Shown piece by piece: positions 20,384-28,938 of a stretch of DNA of 60,004 bases (position 1 is the stretch's first letter; each line of letters begins with the position of its first letter). The position numbers were made by a program, and so were the translations under genes. Where the stretch lies: the NCBI GenBank assembly GCA_903869075.1, contig CAIPXZ010000765.1, forward strand, positions 1-60,004, written 5' to 3'. A model generated the notes under the pieces. That model worked only from the letters and a program-made list of their open reading frames with translations. It was not told the DNA's origin and searched no databases. The DNA comes from an uncultured Myxococcales bacterium (GTDB taxonomy: Bacteria > Myxococcota_A > UBA9042).

Positions 20384-21574
20384 ATGACAAAGCGGATGGT
20401 TTCCACGCTGAGGCCCGTGCTCGCGACGGTCGTGGTGGGCGCGCTGGCGCTGGCCGGTTGCAAGCGCAACGACGCGGATACCGCCAAAGGCCACGGTCCG
20501 GTCAAGTCCGGGCCGCAAGCCGATGTGCCGCCGCCCCGGCCGACGGAGCGCGTGGCGGAGCTGGAGCAGGACCTGCTTGTCCAGCCGGCGCGCTCGACGG
20601 CGGACGCGCGGCTGCCGCTGCCGTGGCAGGACGTGACGCCGACGACGCGCACCGACGCGGGCAGCCCGGCGCCGGTGCGGACCTGGATGGCGCCGGCGGT
20701 GCTGATTGGCCGGACGCAGCTGTGGCTGCGCGACAAGGCGATCGCGCCGGTGCACTGCCAGAGCAAAAAGCCGGAGAGCTGCGCGCCGGAAGCGACAAAG
20801 CAGGCGAGCACGGTGGCGCAATTTGGCTTGGATGCGGCGCAGCTGGTGGACGGCAAAGTGCCGGCGCTGGCGAACGTTGCCGCGGAGCTCAAGGACAAGG
20901 ACGTTCCGGTGATCGCCGATCGCCGGGTCAACTGGCAGACCGTGGACGCCGTGCTGGCGACCTTGCGCGCGGCGGGCGCCCGGCCACAGCTGGCGGTGGG
21001 CAGCCATGAAGGCGAGCTTGTGGACGCGCTGGGGATTGGCACGGCGCTGCCGGATGCGCCGACGCTGATCACCGCGCGGCGCGCCGCGGAGCCGGGCGAG
21101 AGCGTGCCGGGCGGCCTGCCGTCCGACGCGACGGCGCTGACGGTGAACGTGACGGAGAGCGGCGTGAGCGTGGAGATCGGCCGGCTGGCGGGCGAGCCGA
21201 CCTACCCGGAAATCCTTGGCAATATTGTGGAATCGCTGATCGCGTTGGCGGAGCGGCTGCAGGTGGCGGCGCCGAAGATCACAAGCGCGACGATCCGCGT
21301 AGACGGCGACGTGCCGATGGAGCAGGTCGTGCAGGTCATCGACGGCCTGCGGGACACGTGCGGCAAGACGGCGCGCGGTCAGCAGTGCGTGGCGCGCTCG
21401 CAGCTGTACACGACGCTGCACGTTGTGCTGGCGCGCGCGGCGCCCGAGGCGACGAAGGCCGGGCTGGACGCGCCGCTGCACCTGGACGCCGCGCCGGCGA
21501 CCGGGCTGCACCTGTCGGACACGCCCGATCCGCTGGGCAAGCCGGCCGCGCCGGGGCTGCACCTATCGCCGTGA
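20384..21574 (+). CDS. lipoprotein, hypothetical (weak ExbD/TolR-like segments)
   Basis: 396 aa from MTKRMVSTLRPVLATVVVGALALAG|C. Segments VPVIADRRVNWQTVDAVLATLRAAG and ATIRVDGDVPMEQVVQVIDGLRD. C-terminal triple LHL(D/S) motif. Stop overlaps the next start (GTGA). Confidence 0.7.
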   Translation: MTKRMVSTLRPVLATVVVGALALAGCKRNDADTAKGHGPVKSGPQADVPPPRPTERVAELEQDLLVQPARSTADARLPLPWQDVTPTTRTDAGSPAPVRTWMAPAVLIGRTQLWLRDKAIAPVHCQSKKPESCAPEATKQASTVAQFGLDAAQLVDGKVPALANVAAELKDKDVPVIADRRVNWQTVDAVLATLRAAGARPQLAVGSHEGELVDALGIGTALPDAPTLITARRAAEPGESVPGGLPSDATALTVNVTESGVSVEIGRLAGEPTYPEILGNIVESLIALAERLQVAAPKITSATIRVDGDVPMEQVVQVIDGLRDTCGKTARGQQCVARSQLYTTLHVVLARAAPEATKAGLDAPLHLDAAPATGLHLSDTPDPLGKPAAPGLHLSP

Positions 21575-22551
21575 CCGCTGCCCTGGAAGTCAGCGCGCTG
21601 GCGGTGGCTTTTGCCGGTGACCGCGGGCCAATCGTCGCCGTTGAGGATGTGTCGCTGCGCGTCGCCAAAGGCCGCACGCTGTGCGTCGTCGGCGAGAGCG
21701 GCAGCGGCAAGTCCGTGTCGATCCTCGCGACCATGGGGCTGCTGGACCCGCAGCGGGCGGTCGTGACGGCGCAGACGCTGCGGCTGGGCGACGTGGACCT
21801 GCTGACGCTGCCGGCGACGCAGCGCCGCGCGCTGAACGGCGACCGGCTGGCGATGGTGTTTCAGGATCCAATGACGTCGCTGAACCCGTATTTGCGCATC
21901 GGCCAGCAGCTGACCGAGGTGCTGGAGGTCCACCGCCAGTTGTCGCGACAGGCGGCGACGGCGCAGGCGGTGGCGATGCTGGAAGCCGTGGGCATTTCCG
22001 CCCCGCAGGCGCGCATGCGCGCGTATCCACACGAGCTGTCGGGCGGCATGCGCCAGCGCGTGGTGCTGGCGATGGCGCTGCTGTGCCAGCCGGACGTGCT
22101 GCTGGCCGACGAGCCGACGACGGCGCTGGACGTGACGATTCAAGCGCAGGTGCTCAAGTTGATTCAGGATTTGCAGGCGCGCAACGGCATGGCGGTGGTG
22201 CTCGTGACCCACGACATGGGCGTGGTGGCGCACATGGCCGACGAAGTCGCGGTGCTGTATGGCGGCCTTGTTGTCGAGCGCGCCGCCGTGCGCGACCTGT
22301 TTACGGCGCCGCGGCACCCGTACACGCGGGCGCTGCTGGCGAGCATTCCGGCGGCCGAGCACCGCGGCCAGCGGCTGCAGGCGATTGCCGGGTCGCCGCC
22401 GAGCCCGGTGGCGCGACCGGCGGGCTGCGTGTTTGCGCCGCGCTGCGCGTTTGCCGTGCCGCAGTGCCAAGCCGCGCGGCCGCCCGAGGAAGCGCTGGCC
22501 GATGGCCGGACCGTGCGCTGTTTTCGCCACGCGGAGCTTGCCGATGCCTGA
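21571..22551 (+). CDS. oligopeptide/dipeptide-type ABC transporter ATP-binding protein (DppD/OppD-like)
   Basis: 326 aa from GTG 21571. Walker A GESGSGKS, signature LSGGMRQR, Walker B LLADEPTTALD, and HPYTRALL oligopeptide-type C-terminus. Confidence 0.9.
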   Translation: MTAALEVSALAVAFAGDRGPIVAVEDVSLRVAKGRTLCVVGESGSGKSVSILATMGLLDPQRAVVTAQTLRLGDVDLLTLPATQRRALNGDRLAMVFQDPMTSLNPYLRIGQQLTEVLEVHRQLSRQAATAQAVAMLEAVGISAPQARMRAYPHELSGGMRQRVVLAMALLCQPDVLLADEPTTALDVTIQAQVLKLIQDLQARNGMAVVLVTHDMGVVAHMADEVAVLYGGLVVERAAVRDLFTAPRHPYTRALLASIPAAEHRGQRLQAIAGSPPSPVARPAGCVFAPRCAFAVPQCQAARPPEEALADGRTVRCFRHAELADA

Positions 22552-23545
22552 GGTGCTGGCGCAACTAACCGACGTGCAAGTGCATTTTCCGGTGCACAGC
22601 GGCCTGCTGCTGCCGCGCGAGGTGGCGCGGGTGCGCGCTGTCGACGGCGTGTCGCTGGCGATTGGCAAGGGCGAGGTGCTGGGGCTCGTCGGTGAGTCGG
22701 GCTCGGGCAAGTCGACGCTGGGACGCGCGCTGCTGCGGCTGCAGGACGTGACGGCGGGGCGCGTGCACTTTGCCGGCGCGGACATCACGCACTGGCACCG
22801 GCGGCAGCTGCAGGCGGTGCGGCGGCGGATGACGGTGGTGTTCCAGGACCCGGAGGCGTCGTGCAACCCGCGGATGCGCATCGGCGATGCGGTGGCGGAG
22901 CCGCTGCGGGTGCATGAGCGGCTGACGGCGGCGGAGCTGCAGCACAAGGTGCTGGCGCTGCTGGAGCAGGTCGGGCTGGACGCCAGCTACGCGCTGCGCT
23001 GGCCGCATGAGCTGTCAGGCGGGCAGCGGCAGCGGGTCGGCATCGCCCGCGCGCTGGCGACGGACCCGGAGCTCGTGGTGCTGGATGAGCCGATCTCGGC
23101 GCTGGACGTGTCCATTCAGGCGCAAGTCTTGAATTTGCTGGAGGATCTGCGGCGGCAGCGCGGGCTTTCGTACCTGTTCATCGGCCACGATCTGGGCGCG
23201 GTGGCGCACCTGTGCGATCGCGTCGCGGTGCTGTACCTCGGCCGCGTGGTGGAGGCGGGCAGCGTCGCCGACGTCATCGCCGCGCCGCAGCACCCGTACA
23301 CGCAGGCGCTGTTGCGCAGTGTGCCGCTGCACGACCCGGTCGCCGCCCGCGCGCGTGGTTTGCAGGTGCTGGACGGCGAGATCCCGAGCCCGCTGCATCC
23401 GCCGCCGGGCTGCGCGTTCCACCCGCGGTGCCGGCGCGCGCTGCCGGCGTGCCAGCAGAATCGGCCCGAATTGCTGGCTTTTGGCACGCGGCAACTGGCC
23501 TGCCCCGTGGCCACGCAAGACGCGCAACTGCCGATCGCATCTTGA
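22544..23545 (+). CDS. oligopeptide/dipeptide-type ABC transporter ATP-binding protein (DppF/OppF-like)
   Basis: 333 aa with GESGSGKST, LSGGQRQR, VLDEPISALD and HPYTQALL. The ATG overlaps the upstream stop by 8 nt. Confidence 0.9.
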   Translation: MPEVLAQLTDVQVHFPVHSGLLLPREVARVRAVDGVSLAIGKGEVLGLVGESGSGKSTLGRALLRLQDVTAGRVHFAGADITHWHRRQLQAVRRRMTVVFQDPEASCNPRMRIGDAVAEPLRVHERLTAAELQHKVLALLEQVGLDASYALRWPHELSGGQRQRVGIARALATDPELVVLDEPISALDVSIQAQVLNLLEDLRRQRGLSYLFIGHDLGAVAHLCDRVAVLYLGRVVEAGSVADVIAAPQHPYTQALLRSVPLHDPVAARARGLQVLDGEIPSPLHPPPGCAFHPRCRRALPACQQNRPELLAFGTRQLACPVATQDAQLPIAS

Positions 23546-23569
23546 CTTCTGCGCGGTTTCGGGTATCCT
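23542..23569 (+). promoter_or_regulatory. promoter candidate for rpsA (TTGACT-16 nt-TATCCT)
   Basis: TTGACT at 23542..23547, a 16-nt spacer, then TATCCT at 23564..23569. A 7-bp hairpin CCTTGCC-ACG-GGCAAGG follows in the leader. Confidence 0.35.
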
Positions 23570-23686
23570 CTTGCGCCCTTGCCACGGCAAGGCACTGCGC
23601 CTGATTCGCGAAATTTGAACAACCGAAACGCTGCGGGAACAAACGGGCCCGCGGACGTGCGAACGGCGGACACAAAAGGATTGGAA

Positions 23687-25384
23687 ATGGCTGAGCAAGA
23701 CAACACGATGGGATTTGCTGAGGACCTGGACTTCGAAGCCGCATTCCTGGATTGGGAAAAGCAGCAGAACGTCCTGGAGGGCGAGATCGTCCGCGGCACC
23801 GTCCTGTCGGTGAACAAAGATTTTGTCATCGTCGACATCAAGTACAAGTCGGAAGGTCAGATTCCCGTTCAGGAATTCATCGACTTGGAAGGCGCCGTCA
23901 CGGTCAAGGCCGGCGACGAGATCGACGTGTACGTCGAGAACCGCGAGAACGACAACGGCCTGGTTGAGCTGTCCAAGGAGAAGGCGGATCGCCTGAAGAT
24001 CTGGGACGAAATCGCCGAAGCCTGCGAGAACGAAGAGCTTGTCGAAGGCGTCATCACGGCGCGCGTCAAGGGCGGCTTGACGGTCGACATCGGCGTCAAG
24101 GCGTTCCTGCCCGGCTCCCAGGTGGACCTGCGCCCCGTGCGCAACCTGGAGAAGTACATCGGCCAGCGTTTCCACTTCAAGGTCATCAAGTTCAACAAGA
24201 AGCGCGGCAACATCGTGCTTTCGCGTCGCGCCCTGCTCGAGAAGCAGCGCGAGGCCCTGAAGAGCCAGACCCTGAACAAGCTGGAAGTCGGCATGGTCGT
24301 TGACGGCATCGTCAAGAACATCACCGAATACGGCGCGTTCATCGACCTCGGCGGCATCGACGGCCTGCTGCACATCACCGACATGAGCTACGCGCGGGTC
24401 AACCACCCGTCGGAACTCTTCGAAGTGGGCCAGGAAGTGAAGGTGAAGGTCCTCAAGTACGACGCCGATCGCGAGCGCGTCAGCCTCGGCTTGAAGCAGA
24501 ACAGCGAAGATCCCTGGATGAACATCGAAGCGCGCTACGCCATCGGCCAGCGCGTCAAGGGCAAGGTCGTCAGCCTCACCGATTACGGCGCGTTCATCGA
24601 GCTGGAAGGCGGCGTGGAAGGCCTCATCCACATCAGCGAAATGTCCTGGACCAAGCGCGTCAAGCACCCGTCCAAGGTGCTGTCGCTGGGCGACGAAGTG
24701 GAAGCGCAGATTCTGGAAATCGACTCCCGCGGCAAGCGCATCTCGCTGGGCATGAAGCAGATCGAGCAGAACCCGTGGGACGTGCTCGCGAGCACCTACC
24801 CGGTCGGTACGCGCGTCAAGGGCGTGGTGCGCAACATCACGAACTTCGGCATCTTCATCGGCATTGAAGACGGCATCGACGGCCTTTGCCACGTGACCGA
24901 CCTCTCCTGGTCGCACAAGGTCAAGCACCCGCAGGACATCTTCAAGAAGGGCGACGAGGTCGAGGCCATCGTCCTCAACATCGACGCCGAGAAGGAGCGC
25001 TTCTCGCTCGGCATCAAGCAGATGTCGGCCGATCCGTGGAACGACGTGCCGAAGAAGTACCCGCGCGGCTCGGTCCACGAGGGCACCGTCTCGAAGATCC
25101 TCGACTTCGGCGCCATCGTCGAGCTCGACGACTTCATCGAAGGCTTCCTGCACATCTCGGAAATCGCCGAGGAGAAGGTCGAGAACATCCACAACGCGCT
25201 GAAAGAAGGCGACAAGACGAAAGTCAAAGTCATCTCGATCATCCCGGAAGAGCGCAAGCTCGGCCTGTCGATCAAGCGCGTTGGCCAGGACGACGACGAC
25301 TACAGCTACGAGCCGGCTGCCGCGGGTCCGACGACCATTGGTGACCTCGTGCGTGAGAAGTTTGGCGATCTGAAGCTGTCGTAG
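23687..25384 (+). CDS. rpsA: 30S ribosomal protein S1
   Basis: 565 aa from MAEQDNTMGF. Six S1/OB repeats with the recurring G.V..I..(Y/F)GAFI pattern. Confidence 0.96.
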   Translation: MAEQDNTMGFAEDLDFEAAFLDWEKQQNVLEGEIVRGTVLSVNKDFVIVDIKYKSEGQIPVQEFIDLEGAVTVKAGDEIDVYVENRENDNGLVELSKEKADRLKIWDEIAEACENEELVEGVITARVKGGLTVDIGVKAFLPGSQVDLRPVRNLEKYIGQRFHFKVIKFNKKRGNIVLSRRALLEKQREALKSQTLNKLEVGMVVDGIVKNITEYGAFIDLGGIDGLLHITDMSYARVNHPSELFEVGQEVKVKVLKYDADRERVSLGLKQNSEDPWMNIEARYAIGQRVKGKVVSLTDYGAFIELEGGVEGLIHISEMSWTKRVKHPSKVLSLGDEVEAQILEIDSRGKRISLGMKQIEQNPWDVLASTYPVGTRVKGVVRNITNFGIFIGIEDGIDGLCHVTDLSWSHKVKHPQDIFKKGDEVEAIVLNIDAEKERFSLGIKQMSADPWNDVPKKYPRGSVHEGTVSKILDFGAIVELDDFIEGFLHISEIAEEKVENIHNALKEGDKTKVKVISIIPEERKLGLSIKRVGQDDDDYSYEPAAAGPTTIGDLVREKFGDLKLS

Positions 25385-25461
25385 TGCTTGGGACAGCGTG
25401 ATCGCCGCTGCCGCGCGCCCAGTCAGGGCGCTTGCCAGTTTGGCGATCTGAAGCTGTCGTA
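25359..25461 (+). repeat. 25-nt perfect direct repeat of the rpsA 3' end (25359..25383 and 25437..25461)
   Basis: AGTTTGGCGATCTGAAGCTGTCGTA occurs twice, 78 nt apart. That is in frame: the first copy ends in TAG and the second in TAA. Confidence 0.9.
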
Positions 25462-25483
25462 AGACTAGCGAAAGTCACGCTGG

Positions 25484-25524
25484 AGCCCGGTTCATCGCAA
25501 GGTGGACCGGGCTTCAGCACTTTT
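25484..25524. terminator. hairpin between convergent rpsA and LTD genes (weak terminator candidate)
   Basis: 8-bp stem AGCCCGGT / ACCGGGCT with a 14-nt loop. TTTT lies 7 nt downstream on the plus strand. Confidence 0.3.
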
Positions 25525-25528
25525 GCCG

Positions 25529-26239
25529 CTACTGCGACACCGCGCCGCAGTCCATGCCCTGATTCGCCAGGCACGCGCACGCCGGCAAGCCATTGTTGCA
25601 CAAGCCGATTGTCGTCGCCAAGCCGTGACCGTCCGGCCAATCCAGCTGCCGCGCCCAGTCAGCGGCCATGTTGCCATCCACCGATCGCGTCCAGCTGGAC
25701 GGCGCGCCGCCCTGCTCCGGCAGGTACTGGTGCCGAAACAGCAGCTGGTTGTCGGCCGTGCGCAGCTCCAGGCTCGCACCGCCATCGGGCAGCTTCAGCA
25801 GGTGGTCCAGCCGCACCTCATCGGCGCCCGGCGGCCAGGTCGTCAGTGCCGTCGTGCTGCCGACCAGCACGACGAGGTGCTGCGGATCGAGGCACGTCTG
25901 GCCGGTGATCTGGCCACGCACCTGGCCGTCCACAAGCAGTTGCGCGCCGCCCAAGTGCACCGCCGTGCCGCCGCTCGCCAGCGCCAGCTCCAGCACCTCA
26001 TCGCGGCCGTTGGACTTACCGTCGCCATCCACGTCCAGACCGCCGGGCCGCACAAGGTATTCGTTCAGCAGCACCTCACCGGCGTTGGCCGCGCGACATT
26101 CCGGCGACGGCGCCGCTGGTAGGCCGACGTTGTCCGGCGGTAGCGGCTGCAACCCCGCGGAATCCGGTGTATCCAGCGAAGCGGGACAGGCCACGCACAG
26201 CCAGGGACCGAGCAGACAAAGCCAAAGCGTGCGCACCAT
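25529..26239 (-). CDS. secreted lamin-tail-domain (LTD) protein
   Basis: 236 aa from ATG 26239, with GGAGG 5 nt upstream. Signal MVRTLWLCLLGPWLCVAC. LTD pattern EVLLNEYLVRPGG.DVDGDG...DEVLELA...LKLPDGGASLEL. Confidence 0.7.
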   Translation of the reverse strand: MVRTLWLCLLGPWLCVACPASLDTPDSAGLQPLPPDNVGLPAAPSPECRAANAGEVLLNEYLVRPGGLDVDGDGKSNGRDEVLELALASGGTAVHLGGAQLLVDGQVRGQITGQTCLDPQHLVVLVGSTTALTTWPPGADEVRLDHLLKLPDGGASLELRTADNQLLFRHQYLPEQGGAPSSWTRSVDGNMAADWARQLDWPDGHGLATTIGLCNNGLPACACLANQGMDCGAVSQ

Positions 26240-26324
26240 GAGCACCTCCAGCCAGCCGCGTGAAAGGGCTGGCTCATGGTGTTCGGTCGCTGGCGAATTT
26301 TGCCGCGGGCTGGGCTGAAAAAAC

Positions 26325-28208
26325 TTACGGCGCTTTGGGCGCGGGCGCGGGCGCGGGGGCAGCCGGAGCCGCGGGGGCCTTGGCCGGGGCAGCAGGTGCG
26401 GCGGGGGCCTTGTTGCCCAGCTGCTGCGCGAGCTGGTACAGCAACACGTCGAAGTCCCAGATCCACGGCTGCGCCGCCGGCAGATCCTGAATCATCAGCT
26501 GCTGCGTGTGGTAGATCGCCTTCATCAGGTCGACGTCCGGCTTGGCCAGGAACTTGATGCCGCTCATCGCGATCTGCCGCAGCGTCACGTCGTTGGCGGT
26601 CGTGCGCTCGATGGCGCCGAGCAGCTCCGGCAGCACAACCGCGCCCTTGACGCCCAGCTGCACCAGCATGACCGCAGCTTTCTCCTTGGCCACGGCATCG
26701 CCGTTCTTCATGAAGCCGGCGTAGCAACCGACAAGCGCGTTCTGCTTCTCGGCGGGCTGCGCGCCGTCCTCGACCTTCTTGCACTCTTCGACGACCTTGA
26801 TGCGCGCCGTGATCGTCGGGTCAGCAACCGCCGCTGTCACGTTCTTGTCGGCAGCAACAATCGTCGTCCATTCAGCCAGATGCGCGGTGTCGACGTTGTA
26901 CGCCAGCGCCGGCAGGAACTCGCCGCGATCGGTCTCGGACGACTCCTTGAAGATCTGCAGCAGCGTCTTCCACGCGTCCGGCGCGCCCGAGAACGCCAGA
27001 CCGAGCGCCGGGTGCACGCGCTGTTCACGCGCCAGGTTGCCGTTCTTGCCGATCGCGAGGATGTCCGGAATCACCGCCGTCAGGCCATCACCCATCGCCG
27101 ACAGCGCCCAAGTGGACAGCTGGATGCGGCTCGTCACGTAGCCCGCCCATGGCAGCGCCTTGTTGACAATCTTGAACGTCGCCGGGGTCTTGTCCTCGCT
27201 CACGTCCAGCGGCTTGCCGATGGACGCGAGGATCGCCGGCGCGGTCGACGGCAGGTGCAAGTCGGCAAAAACCTGCATCGCCTTCGGGCCTTCCTGCCAT
27301 TCCCACGGGAACAAGCCGGCCTTCTTGGTCCATTCCTCAAACGCCGGATCCTTCTGCGTGTAGATGCCCAGCAGCTTGTCCGCGACCTTCTGCTTGGGCT
27401 GCGTCGCCAGCGCGATGCGCGCCGCACCGTACGTCTCCGACCGCACCGCGTCGCGCTGGTACAGACCGTGGATGTAGGTGGCAAACGCCGCTTCGTTCTG
27501 CGTCTTGCTCTCGGCCAGGTACTGGATCGCCTTGATGTTCACGTCGACGGTCTGCTGCGCCGGATCGGTGTCCGCCAGTTCGATCAGCAGGTCCTCGTAC
27601 TTGGCCCGCGCGTTGGCGTCGGACAGGCACAGGAACAGCGCTTCCACCAGCGGCGCCCGGGCCGCGCCCTGCGTCACCTTCTTGATCGACGTCGCCAGCG
27701 CCGCCGCGACGTTCTCGCCCGGCACCCACGGGTCGGACGTGTCCATGCTCTCCAGGCGCCAGGTGCGGAACGTCGTGGCGATCTGGCTCGCCGCGTCGTT
27801 GTTGCTCAAGCCCGCCAGCAGCAGCTTCTCGGAGCGCTCGCGCAGCTTGCCGCCCGCACGGCCGACGTTCTCGACCGTCTCGATGACCAGCGGCCGGTAC
27901 TTCGGCTCGTTCATGGCCTTGCTCATGCGCTCAAACACCCGATCATCATTGCATTTCTGCTGATCCTTGGTGTTCAGCTTCTTGATCGCGTCCAGCGCGC
28001 CCTTGCGGTCCTCGGGCGACTCCGACTTCTCCAGCACCAGGCTGTAGTAGCGGCAGGACTTCTCACCGCGCTGGCAGCCCGTCAGCGCCGAGACGGCGGC
28101 GAGCGCCAAAATCGCCAGCACGCGCAACGGGTTGGCGATGCGCGACGGAACGGTGGAACGCGGGTGGGAGATCTCGCGGCTGGAAATCTCGAGACTGCGA
28201 AGGGACAT
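26325..28208 (-). CDS. helical-repeat (HEAT/ARM-like) lipoprotein with Ala/Pro-rich C-terminal tail
   Basis: 627 aa from ATG 28208. Signal and lipobox AVSALTG|C. Tail APAAPAAPAKAPAAPAAPAPAPAPKAP. A promoter-like element lies inside the longer track ORF. Confidence 0.7.
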   Translation of the reverse strand: MSLRSLEISSREISHPRSTVPSRIANPLRVLAILALAAVSALTGCQRGEKSCRYYSLVLEKSESPEDRKGALDAIKKLNTKDQQKCNDDRVFERMSKAMNEPKYRPLVIETVENVGRAGGKLRERSEKLLLAGLSNNDAASQIATTFRTWRLESMDTSDPWVPGENVAAALATSIKKVTQGAARAPLVEALFLCLSDANARAKYEDLLIELADTDPAQQTVDVNIKAIQYLAESKTQNEAAFATYIHGLYQRDAVRSETYGAARIALATQPKQKVADKLLGIYTQKDPAFEEWTKKAGLFPWEWQEGPKAMQVFADLHLPSTAPAILASIGKPLDVSEDKTPATFKIVNKALPWAGYVTSRIQLSTWALSAMGDGLTAVIPDILAIGKNGNLAREQRVHPALGLAFSGAPDAWKTLLQIFKESSETDRGEFLPALAYNVDTAHLAEWTTIVAADKNVTAAVADPTITARIKVVEECKKVEDGAQPAEKQNALVGCYAGFMKNGDAVAKEKAAVMLVQLGVKGAVVLPELLGAIERTTANDVTLRQIAMSGIKFLAKPDVDLMKAIYHTQQLMIQDLPAAQPWIWDFDVLLYQLAQQLGNKAPAAPAAPAKAPAAPAAPAPAPAPKAP

Positions 28209-28290
28209 CTGCAAACCTGCCGTGAATGGATGCGGTGACGGATTTTGGACGCACAAAAATCGACGATGGGGAGCCCGCATCGCGCGGGGG

Positions 28291-28319
28291 ATGATAGTCG
28301 GCACACGGCAAAGCGTCAA
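28291..28319 (-). promoter_or_regulatory. sigma70-like promoter candidate (TTGACG-17 nt-TATCAT) for the HEAT-like lipoprotein gene
   Basis: On the minus strand: TTGACG (28314..28319), a 17-nt spacer, then TATCAT (28291..28296), about 80 nt upstream of ATG 28208. Confidence 0.45.
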
Positions 28320-28425
28320 GGCATTGAAGCGCAGTGGTTTCAAATACTTACACGGTTGGCGATCGAATCACCCGCCGACGACGGCGGATCTTCCGCTCCT
28401 GTCACAAAAACGCTAGACTGCCGCC

Positions 28426-28929
28426 ATGCGCAACCCGTTGACCCACCTCGCCGTTGCCCTGTTGTTGACCGCCACCGCGGCCGGCACGGGCTATGCCCAA
28501 GAATCTGAAACGCCTGTGGAAACTGCCGAGCCGACGGTCACCCGCGGGCCGTTGGAGACTGCAGTGCTCTCCCTGGCGGAGCCGGTGACGCGCCGCGTCG
28601 TCGTGCGCAACGAGCAAAATCTTTACGACGTCTGGCTGATTTCCAAGCTTGCATTCGAGGCCACCGGCGAAGCGTTTCGCCAAGCCGTCAGCGCAAAACG
28701 CACACTTCCCGGGGGCTTGCACGTCGCGAGCCTGACGTGGATTGCGCCCGATCGCTCGTACGTGCTGGATGTTGTCGGCGGCGACAAGCCGTACCGGCTG
28801 CGGCTGACCCGGCACCTCGCCGGCTCGATGCTGGAGCTGGAGAACGCCGGCGTGGCGCGCGATGCGCCGCGGTGGGCGCCGCCGTACCGGCCGCGGCCGT
28901 TGCTGTTGCCACACGGCATGATGCGCTGA
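28426..28929 (+). CDS. secreted hypothetical protein
   Basis: 167 aa with cleavable signal MRNPLTHLAVALLLTATAAGTGYA|QE. No known motif. Confidence 0.6.
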   Translation: MRNPLTHLAVALLLTATAAGTGYAQESETPVETAEPTVTRGPLETAVLSLAEPVTRRVVVRNEQNLYDVWLISKLAFEATGEAFRQAVSAKRTLPGGLHVASLTWIAPDRSYVLDVVGGDKPYRLRLTRHLAGSMLELENAGVARDAPRWAPPYRPRPLLLPHGMMR

Positions 28930-28938
28930 GCCCGCGCC

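Noticed and set aside
25359-25461. The duplicated rpsA 3' end as attL/attR of an integrated mobile element
   Set aside because: The copies are only 53 nt apart. No integrase, transposase or foreign-looking DNA lies between or beside them. Kept only as a micro-duplication/read-through observation.
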